Shown: piece by piece, positions 54,001 to 64,000 of the stretch
Layout of the letters: every line of letters starts with the position of its first letter
Position numbering within the stretch: the stretch's first letter is position 1
Assembly: GCF_009914755.1 (NCBI RefSeq)
Contig: NC_060926.1
Length of the DNA: 64,000 bases
Strand: one strand, 5' to 3'
DNA from: the human T2T-CHM13v2.0 reference genome, Homo sapiens
The notes under the pieces: model-generated
Seen by the model: only the letters and a program-made list of their open reading frames with translations
The model's database searches: none
Told to the model about the DNA's origin: nothing
Translations under genes and position numbers: made by a program

Positions 54001-56269
54001 TGTATTAGCCTATTCTCACACTGCAAATAAAGACATACATGAGGCTGGGTAATTTATAAGGAAAAAATGTTTAATGGACTCACAGTACCACATGGCTGGG
54101 GAGGCCTCACCGTCACGGGAGAAGGTGAAGGAGGAACAAAAGGGACATCTTACATGGCAGCAGGCAAGTGAGCATATGCAGGGGAACTGCCCTTTATAAA
54201 ACCATTGGATCTCATGAGACATTCACTATCACAAGAATAGTTGGGAAACCACCCCACCTCCGTGATTCAATTACCTCTCACTGGTCCCTCCCAGAACACA
54301 TGGGGATTGTAAGAGCTACAGTTCAAGATAAGATTTAGACAGGGACACAGCCAAACCATATCATTTTGCCCCTGGCAGCTTCAAGATTTCATGGCCTCAT
54401 ATTTCACAACCAATCATGCCCTCCCAACAGAGTCTTAAGGAATTTCAGCATTAACTCAAAAGTCCAGTTCGAAATCTCATCTGAGACAAGGCAAGTACAT
54501 TTCACCTATGAGCCTGTAAAATCAAAAGCAAATTAGTTAATTCCTAGATATAATGGGGTAAAGGCATTGGGTAAATATACCCATTCCAAATGGGAGAAAT
54601 TGGCCAAATGAAGGGGCTACGGGCCCTGTGCAAGTCCACAATCTGATAGGGCAGTCGTTAAACCTGAAAGCTCCAAAATGATCTATGTTGACTCCATGTC
54701 TCACATCCAGATCATGCTGATGCAAGAGGTGGGTACCCATGGTCTTGGACAGCTCCGCCCCTGTGGCTTGGCAGGGTACCTCCTAGTCCTAGCTGCTTTC
54801 ACAAGCTGACATTGAGTGTCTGCAGCTTTTCCAGGTGCACGGCTTAAGCTGTTGGTGGATCTACCATTCTGGGGTCTGGAGGACATTGGGCCTCTTCTGA
54901 AAGCTCCACTAGGCAGTGCCCAAGTGGGTCTCTGTGTGGGGACTCCCACCCCACATTTCCCTTCTGCACTGCCCTAGCAGAGATTCTCCATGAGGGCTCC
55001 ACCCCTGCAGCAGACTTCTGCCTGGACATTCAGGTGTTTTCATAAGTCCTCTGAAATGTAGGTGGAGGTTTCCAAACCTCAGTTTTTGTCTTTTGCATAC
55101 ACACAGGACCAACACCACATGGAATCTACCAAGGCTTGGGGCTTGCACCCTCTGAAGCAACAGCTTGATCTGTACCTTGACCCATTTTAGCCATGTCTGG
55201 AGCAGCTGAGACGCAGGGCTACAAGTCCTGAGGTTGCACACAGCAAGCGGGCCCTGGACCCAGCCCAAGAAACCATTTTTCTTTCCTAGGCCTCTGGGCC
55301 TGTGATGAAAGGGGCTGCCATGAAGGTCTCTGACATGGCCTGGAGACATTTTCCCCATTGTTTTGGTGATTAACATTTGGCTCCTCATTACTTATGCAAA
55401 TTTTTGCAGCTGGCTTGAATTTCTCCCCAGAAATGGGCTTTTCTTTCTATTGCTCTGCTTTTTCTTGAACACTTTGCTACTTAGAAATTTATTCTGGTAG
55501 ATACCCTAAATCATCTCTCTCAAGTTCAAAGTTCCACTAGTCTCTAGGGCAGGAGCAAAATGCCACCAGTCTCATTGCTAAAGCATCACAAGAGTCACCT
55601 TTTCTCCAACTGACAAGAATTTCCTCATCTCCATCTGAGAGCACCTCAGCTTTGACTTTATTGTCCATATCACTATCAGCATTTTAGTCAAAGCCATTTA
55701 ACAACTCTAGAAGTTACAAACTTTCCCACATCTTCCTATCTTCTGAGCCCTCCAAGTCTCTAGGAAGTTCCAAACTTTCCCACATTTTTCTGTGTTCTTC
55801 TGAGCCCTCCAAACCGCTCCAACCACTGCCTGTTTTCCAGTTCCAAAGTCACTTCCAAATTTTCAGTATCTTTACAGCAGTTCCCCACTCCCATTACCAA
55901 TGTACTATATTAGTTTATTCTCATGCTACATATAAAGACTTACCTGAGGTTGGGTAGTTTATAAAGAAAAAGAGGTTTGATGGACTCACAGTTCCACATG
56001 GTTGGGGAGGCCTTACAATCATGATGCAAAGCAAAGGAGTGGGGATGGCATATCTTACATGGCAGCAGGCAAGAGAGTGTGTGGAAGAGAACTGCCCTTT
56101 ACAAAAACATCAGATCTTGTGAGACTTATTCACTATCGTGAGAACAGCATGGGAAAACCCACCTCCATGATTCCGTTACCTCCTGCTGCGACCCTCCTAC
56201 CACATGTAGGGATTGTGGGAGCTACATTTCAAGATTAGAGTTGGGTGGGGACACAGTGAAACCATATCA
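54001..56269 (-). mobile_element. Full-length THE1 (C/D-like) MaLR: LTR 54001-54363, internal 54364-55905, LTR 55906-56269
   Basis: Two antisense LTRs ending aaaccatatca; internal ORF remnants (MSRQKSAAGVEPSWR, HDLDVRHGV) homologous to those at 46052-46747; TSD gttgt/gttat. Confidence 0.95.
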
Positions 56270-56298
56270 GTTATACACTATTTATTTATGTCTCTAAT

Positions 56299-56409
56299 TT
56301 ACATACAACCTACTTTCATTCTGTATTATGGTGCTTTCTGTATTATGGTGCTGTATTATGTTATGAAAGTAGGTTACATACAACTTACTTTCTGTATTAT
56401 GGTGCTTTT
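56299..56409. repeat. Complex short direct and inverted repeat cluster
   Basis: ctgtattatg four times, ttacatacaac(c/t)tactttc twice, perfect 13-bp inverted repeat 56307-56319 / 56363-56375. Confidence 0.9.
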
Positions 56410-57059
56410 TTCATTCCTTTATGCAAAAGTCATTTTAATATGCAGCTTCTGCCTTATACCAGGAATTCCTGAGGAGTAGTGGTCATGCCTTAATTATCTC
56501 TGTAGATTCCAAAGCAACATGATTCCACAGAAAAATATTTTTAAAATGAAAGTATCTATGCTTACCACAAATCACTCTGTAATATTTATTCTTAAGAAAA
56601 GCTGACAGTTATAACATTAGTAGAACTAATATACTTAAAAATTGGGCTAGTAAGAGGAAGGTGGGTTGTTGTATGTTTCAGGTTTCTCTCTTCACATCCA
56701 TATGAACCTTGTTAATACTAAACATTTTCAAGGAGATTTAAGGAATATAGGTCTCTAATTTTTCAATTAGACATTTCCCCTAAAATTTGTGTATCATTTT
56801 CTTTCATATTCAAGGATGGCATTTTATTCCATTCTATAATTTGATATTTTCTGCTTAATATTGGGCTTATTTCATGTATGATATTTATTCCATTGAGCTT
56901 GCTAACAATTTGTATTTTTATTGTGAACTGTGTTGCTCATTTATTTAGCAAGTATTTGCAAAGCAAATACTAGATGGCAGGAACTGTGCCTCTATTATTC
57001 AGAGAACTTCAAACAGAATATTTGGTGTTGTATGGGAAAATATGATTAATTTAGCTGCT

Positions 57060-58273
57060 TATACAACTTTAAATGTTAGTCAGATGCTGCAAAAACAAAA
57101 GTCATCGTAATTTACACAAGTTATTTGTTTCTCTTCACATGAAAGCTGCTGCTATGCCTTCCTTGGCACATGTTATTTACCCTATGTATCAGTCTGCAGC
57201 CACATTGAGCAAGAAGTCACATGGTGATCAAAACAGGGAAAGCTTAATATAGGAAACTATTCATTATAACTGGATGGGAATAACAATATATGAGCTAGTA
57301 AGAAATAAAGATGCCTCAACATAATAATATAGGAATAGCAGAGATGATACAATGTCCTAAGACATACTACCATATGACATGGCCACTGCACTAGGCTGAG
57401 CATTGAAGGAAGACCCTCTGCCACAACCTCCCCCAAACAAGGATGTGATCCAGATCTTGTTGGAGACAGCAAGGCTATAGCCCACAAAATGGAAGGAAAG
57501 TCACTGTGATGCTGCTCTGGCAGAAATCTCTGGAAGTATACTCTCTGAAGCTTACAGAAAATCACCCTTCCTGGCTGCCAGAGAAAGTTGTTCACAGAAA
57601 AGTATCTCATCAGAGACCACTCGGCTACAAAACTACCTGAACAAGGATCCTGGGGAACTGGATGGCAGGTGGGTAGTACTGGCTACCCTGCTGTAGTCAG
57701 GCACTGGAGAAGTGGCAAGCACTTCTTAGGGCTTAAAGGCTGGAATTGTTGATCACCTCACAGGAGCCCAGTGCTAGGGAAACTAGGAGCCTGCAAAAGT
57801 ATCCTAGTACAAGAAGCAATCCCTTTCCTTTTGCAATCTCTCTTCAGCACTCCATTAAGAAAGCTTAACATTGTGTCAGTTGAAAAAAATGAAAATACTT
57901 AAAAGGAACCAGCCAATTTTCAAAGAATAGGGAAATAAGGGTGAATTTGGAACTAAGAGGCAATGTGTTGGTAACCAGCAAACCCTATTACCCAGAGTTG
58001 CAACTTCACCTAAATCATTGTGATCTTTTTCAAGACAACAGAAAGGAAGAAAGCAGAAAAATAAGGTTAACGCTTTGTTTAATTATAAATCCTGGAATTC
58101 ACATGTAACCCTTCTGTTTTTGTCCCATTGGTCAAAACTAGTCACATGTCCACACTTAAAAGCAGGTTGGAACAGTTAGTTTAGTTTTAAGCAGTGCAGC
58201 TAAAATTCTTAACTTAAATATTAAGGAAGTAGTTAGTAATCCATATTAATGAAAACTGTCAGCTTCTGCCACA
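57060..58273 (-). mobile_element. Old MLT1J/K-like LTR interrupted by an LTR78-like element (about 57185-57982)
   Basis: tcccattggtcaaaactagtcacatgtccacac...tctgccaca (MLT1); gggtgaatttggaactaagaggcaat...taaccagcaaa (antisense LTR78-like start). Confidence 0.5.
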
Positions 58274-58829
58274 TTTGAATTTTTATTTTTCATCTGGATT
58301 TGGTTTGTGTTATACGAGATAAATACAGTTAATTACTCATCACATAATTATCAGTATATTTGTTGATCTATTGTAAGAGCCATCTCTTTTCTTCACCAAT
58401 AGTGATCTATTCTTTGCCCTATTTTTCCCAGCTTATAGTTTGCACCTTCACTCAGATATCACAGTTCATTGCCCTAACTCCCTGACACTTAGAAAAGCTG
58501 CTGATATCCAATGGTATATGGCAAGTGATTCCTGTTTTCTCAACTATTACTGCAAACAGGCACTTCTTAAAAATTCAGACATATTAGTGACTTAAATATA
58601 ATGATGTTGACTGAAAAAAATCTTATGAAATGGGAATGTCACTGGAAGATTCAGTGATATATAAAATAATGAACATCTGACTTAAAAGTGGAAGACAATA
58701 GAATTGTTTACAAGTACAGAGATATCACTGACATCAAAAGACTTCAAATCTATTTGGGATATTTCACATTGTTCTGAACTGACTTTGTAATAGTCTTCAT
58801 ACTCAATTCTAACCAAATATTGAGCCTTC

Positions 58830-59290
58830 ACAATGGGCCCAAACAGTGTTTTTGATGTAAGATACACATCAACAGGCAAAACAAACAAACAGAAAACAAC
58901 AAAAAAGTTCCTTCTTTCACAGAGCTTATATTGCAGTGGGCTTGAGCGGTACTGCAGAAAAATTAAACAAACATATTGGATGCCACTAGAAAGAACAAGG
59001 ATAATGAACTTCAAAATAGCACAAAGAGGAGAGGTTTTGTATTTACATTGGAAGACTAAGGTGATATATGTGCAGAGATAGAGAAAATGACTGAGCAAGC
59101 CATGTGGCTATCTGGAAAAAAAGGATTCCAGAAAAATTATGGAGCATTTACAAATGCTGTGAAGTGTATTTAAGGACCAAGAAGAAAGCCTATGTTGGTG
59201 GAGAAGTAAGTTATGAGGAATATAGTAGAAGATGCCATCAAGAAGATGGCAGAAACCGAATCATAGAGTCTTACTAGCCATGGTAAGAAT
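58830..59290 (-). mobile_element. L2 fragment
   Basis: cacagagcttatattgcagtggg; gagcaagccatgtggctatctgg; atcatagagtcttactagccatggtaag. Confidence 0.65.
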
Positions 59291-60987
59291 GGACATTTCT
59301 GACACACGTAAAAGACATACAGTAGCAAGAATTACTCTCAATTTCCAACTACCTTTTCTGATTATTTAAAACTTATCCCCTTTTAAATATCTGCCTTTCG
59401 TGCTTATAAACTCAGATAACTATTTTAGAAAACAGGGCTGGATTAACAAGGGCAATTGGGTTGGCTATCAAATCAGAAAAGACTATCTATATCCTGGATC
59501 TCCAAGCTGCTTTCTGAAAATATCTTTCAAATAAGTGGTACTCTTAGATAGTACCTGACTGGTAAGCTATACTAAATTCAAATATTTAGGTGAAATAATT
59601 ATTTTATTTATTTAATCTGAAAATCTTATATTCAATATGAAGTAATTATTAAAACACTCATGCACAATGTAATTAAATTATTTCATGGACACTGCCTTTC
59701 TCGGCTGGCTGTTGATCATATTTTTCATGCATCTTTAGATGAGGTTTGAAATATAAATTTTGTTACATTTTAGTCAGATAAAGTTAAGAGATAATAAAGT
59801 GCTATACATTTAGCTATATACCATGTACAAAATATAGAAATTTAATTAAAAAAAAGGACAATCTGGAGATAACATTAGACCTAAAAAGAAACTGCATAAT
59901 GTATGAAGATGCTGTAAGTCTGCACTACTGAACTTTACAAAATTGACTTTCAATAAGAAAAAAGTAATCTGTATAAAAAGAAATTTATAAATTTTTGTTG
60001 CATTTTGTATTATTGTAATTTTACTATATACACATTAAAATATATTTTATCTGAAATAATACTTTTTTTCTGAAAGTGTTGATTTCTAATTCTCAAAATG
60101 TCATATTATCAAAATATAAGTCTAAAAACCTACAAAAGCAAATCTATAAGCCAAAAGACATACAAAAATGAAAAGCTAAGCTTCAGAGAAAAAATGCTAT
60201 CCAATCTACTTCTATTATCCCCAATACTGTTTTTGAAAAGAAATAACTGTTCTCACAAACCACCAAAATGTGGGACTAGAATGCACTGCTTTGAATTATG
60301 CCCCGTGTTGATAATGCCTGGTAGTCTTGTTTATTGTTATGTTTATAGATCTCCACACTCAAGCTTTTTTGGGGGGGTTTTCCAGTCTTCCTGGCAGCTC
60401 CAAGCCACTTTAGAGAGGGGATAATTTGATACTTCAATTCTGTCCTTTAGGGGGATCTATTTCTCCATTTTAGATTATCAACCATCCCCTTTTATCACTA
60501 AGGCATACTTATGAGGTGATAATATTTTTCTTAGTTTTGATCTATGCCTAGGTGTCAGGATATAACCCCTGATTTTGTAGCTGAAGCTTTTGGGATCCTG
60601 CGGAAAAAAAAGGCTAGGTTCATGACAATCATCCCATTTTCCTCATTTACTCACCCAGTTTATAATAATCTCTTTATATCCAAGTTATATTTAAAATATC
60701 TTCTTTATCACTGTATCTCCAATGTCAAAATAGTTTCTCACACATAGTGACAGTCTAGTAATATATTTTTGCATTAATTTTTATCATATTGTGTTCAAAT
60801 GGGATATTTTATTATTCTCATGACATTTTTTCCCTTTATATAACATCATGTTTTTTCCCAATTACAATAACTTTTCATTATGAACATTGACCATACCTTA
60901 TTATGAGAGGAGAGGAGAAGGGGGTCAGTGGGATAAGGGGGGCAAGAACACTAGTAGACATAATGAATCACCTGCAACTTTGATCCC

Positions 60988-61006
60988 GAGAGAGACAGAG
61001 ACAGAC

Positions 61007-61053
<47 letters not shown>
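60988..61053. repeat. (GA)n microsatellite
   Basis: Directly visible purine tract. Confidence 0.97.
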
Positions 61054-61057
<4 letters not shown>

Positions 61058-61142
61058 AAAAGAAAGCTATAGCAACTAATGCTATTCAGCATTTTTCCAA
61101 AAGCACTGAAAAAATCGGGCTTCACCAGATAGAATTTTTACT

Positions 61143-61192
61143 GTATATATGTATATATATATATACACACACATATATATGTATATGTATAT
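61143..61192. repeat. Compound (TA)n/(CA)n microsatellite
   Basis: Directly visible. Confidence 0.85.
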
Positions 61193-62724
61193 TTTGACTG
61201 TACATATATATAAGCATTGCTTCTCTTTTCTTTCTACATCTTAGTATCTGGTTTCCCGAAGATGTTTGCCCATAGGTATTTCTCTTCTCCCACTCTTTCC
61301 TTTGAATTTTGTATACTATGATTTTATCTGACAGTCATTTCTAAATGTCTATTTCTATGGTTAATTTTCTTCTATCCTTCGGGTTCATTTTTCTAACATC
61401 TTCCAACTAGATATTTCTAAATGACTATTCTATAGATTTTAAGAAAAATCTATTAGAAGCTAACATTATTTCTGTGGTCCACAAAATTTATCTTTTATTG
61501 GTGTTTTATGACAAGAATGCGCAGTTACATTCTCTAACAGAGAGTATAATGGATTTAAAGGAGTGTCATTCTGTTTAAATTAGCGATGTCCTCCCCAGCT
61601 CTGCTGTCCTCCACTACACTATTTCCTGACCCTGATGGTACCCTCAGAGTTCCTCTAGTGCCTAGAATATCATCTAATGTGAACGGGTGTTGCTTGTTGA
61701 ATCTTGGGTTATGTATCTAAGGCTTAGGCATGGAATCACTGAATGCGGGAGGATCTTCTCCACTCTGAACTAGAGCTTACATCCCTATAAGAAAAAGGAG
61801 TAAAAATAAACAGATAATTAAACTGATTTCATTTTTAAATGGGGAGTTTTACATAAAGATCATGAATACTTAAAGAGATCATTTAAATCACAAATTTGAG
61901 CCACTGATAAGTATTTAAGGTACAAAAGGCTGATTTAAGCAATCAAGAAACACTCTATAACTTACACCAAAAAAATTCTCATTCTATTAAGTATCTGTGT
62001 TGAAAAGTTATGATTATTTATTTTACCTTATGTCAACATATGGAGCAGTTCTTAAGTGACTGAAAATTGATCATCCAAGGTCAACACATACCCTATTAGC
62101 CATTCAATAGTTTTCTTTACTAATGCCTGAGTAATCCTCAAGAATTGAAGTAAATGCCAGACCGTTTACCATTAAATATTCTGAGATACTATCATTTGTT
62201 TTCACAGAAAATAAATGGTGAAACATCAAATACATCCACGTAATAGTCACTGTGAGTGTCATAAGTAGAAATATGTATTTTTAATAAAGCATTGATACAT
62301 TTATTTATGTAGTAAGCAAATATAGAAGGAAACTCAGATATGGAAAATTAGATAGATGCATGTGTCACCCATGACATTTACTATAATAACTTGGGTAAAA
62401 ATCTCTCCTAGGAAGCTTTTATTGGCCAATAGAAGCATTTTAAATATCTAGTAATGCCTATAGAAATTTACCATGAATCAATGCTTAGTTAGGCTGCTCA
62501 CATCTTGTTTAACAAAGTGTCTGTCTGGAGCAAAGCTGTGGCTTCAATGCATCTGGAAAGTGGGGTTGTGAAGTACATTTTTTTCCCAAATATGTATTTA
62601 AATGAGTTGCATACATGGGAACATTTTTAGTCCAAGTTAATTTTCTTGGACTACAAGAGGGAGATGCAGTGAATCTACAAGTGCCCCCTCCATAGCTTCT
62701 GTGTGTTTTTGCTTCTAACATCAT

Positions 62725-63050
62725 ACACCTGAGGAACATTACAAATACTCGAGCCATTTTGCTCATATCCTAAGAAGTTCACATCACACATACACAACTC
62801 TTAGCCAATGACAGACAGCTGCAGGAATGTGAAAACTCCCCTTGTTTAGCCTTAGCAGGGAAAAACACCGAGGCAAAATTTATACCCTAGAGCTCCCCTG
62901 TGGAAACATGATGAGGGTGGCTAAAATTGAACCCTTGCTTTGTTTCTTCCTCTTCCTTCTCCTGTTTCCCTGACATTTTTATAATTATCAGTTTAGAACA
63001 CTTGCCTGATAAATCTTTTACATACTAATCTTCATTTCAAGAATATCTTG
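62725..63050 (+). mobile_element. LTR16-like ERVL LTR remnant
   Basis: tagccaatgacagacag...gtgaaaactccc; ccctagagctcccctgtgg; acacttgcctgataaatc. Confidence 0.55.
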
Positions 63051-63674
63051 TGATACGTATGTGAGTATACATTTATTTTAGGGCAGACGCAATTGAAGTG
63101 CAAGAAAACAGAGAGAATCCTAGAGAGCATGGGATGTTAACTCTCCCTACCTACGCTTTTGGGCTGATTTGGAACCCAAAAAGACTTCAGCTTCTGGAAG
63201 AAGGCACTAGTTTATGAGCTACTTTTTGATTCAGAGTAATGTCCATGGTGTTTTCAGAATAAGATGACAAAATATAGGACAGGGTTAGGGAGAGGAGCAT
63301 TTTCCACATTCTTGTGGAAAATTCCTTAATGCTTGGGCACCTCAAGTACTGTTGGCTTTAAAGCAACTGGGGAGAATAACCTCATTGGCATTGACATAGA
63401 GAGTTTTCGCAGTAGAGGCAGTGATGAGGCACCAGGAAGAGGAGGAAACGTGGAAAATCGTGTGCAGACTTGTTTCTGAGAACATGAGACACCACCTCAG
63501 GGAGATTCCATAAAGAATTGTGGGAGCTTATGGGAGAACCATGGAGAATATGAATCTTATTGTCATTGAGCTGTGATACATTCAGGTTACATTCATGAAC
63601 TGTATATTTCTGAGAGACCTTCTATTTCTTTTCTAACTCAGTAATGCCAAGTATGTTGAGTGAAAAGGTGATAA

Positions 63675-63900
63675 AACTAATAGCTCACACTGCACCTGGT
63701 TTCTCAAAGCACTTAATTCTTGAATCTATTAGCAAATCTCCTGTGTATGTGGCTTTCACATCATTTTCCCCATTATTTTGGAGATGAAACGAGACTGAGA
63801 CATGTTTAAATTCATATAGCTGTTACATAGTAGGAAATGTGTTTAAGCCCATGTCATTTAATTTCAAATCTCGTTCTATAGTTTCATAACACTGTACTAT
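63675..63900 (-). mobile_element. MIR
   Basis: ttccccattattttggagatgaaacgagactgaga...ttaaattc core-like segment. Confidence 0.5.
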
Positions 63901-64000
63901 GAACACTTTAAGCTCTTCAAAGAAAAGTGAAAAATGTGTCGTATCTCTTATGTACCCTCACATAGAACTACTTTTAACTGTATACCTTTTCACCATACCA

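Noticed and set aside
54909-55388. 159-aa ORF in THE1 internal region
   Set aside because: Open frame within decayed MaLR internal sequence; the homologous region of the other THE1 shows no equivalent ORF.
56299-56409. CRISPR-like short repeats
   Set aside because: No unique spacers, irregular spacing, eukaryotic context, no cas genes.
60887-61125. ERERER / SLSLSL ORFs
   Set aside because: Translations of the (GA)n microsatellite.

Overview
AT-rich, CpG-poor primate genomic DNA made mostly of interspersed repeats. It is most probably human, because one L1 carries the L1HS/pre-Ta diagnostic bases. I can support no intact protein-coding gene, RNA gene or CRISPR array; the recognisable ORFs in the track are pieces of L1, Alu, ERVL/MaLR, microsatellite or pseudogene sequence. 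The one gene-derived feature is a disabled processed pseudogene of the spliceosomal gene CCDC12 (minus strand, CDS homology 29249-29768), which may include about 1 kb of extra 3' sequence. Most notable structures: a human-specific pre-Ta L1 with no target-site duplication (41351-42267); a 5'-Alu/3'-L1PA fusion with a possible shared TSD (15464-19779); three MADE1 hairpin MITEs within 23 kb; an 11-kb THE1/HERV-L/MST LTR cluster with several intact DUX4-type motifs (45006-56269); an ancient ERV-L gag-pol fossil (22300-24455); and small templated-insertion scars. I did not find a convincing new biological system. Repeat subfamily names come from recalled consensus motifs and need RepeatMasker/Dfam confirmation; boundaries of old elements are approximate.
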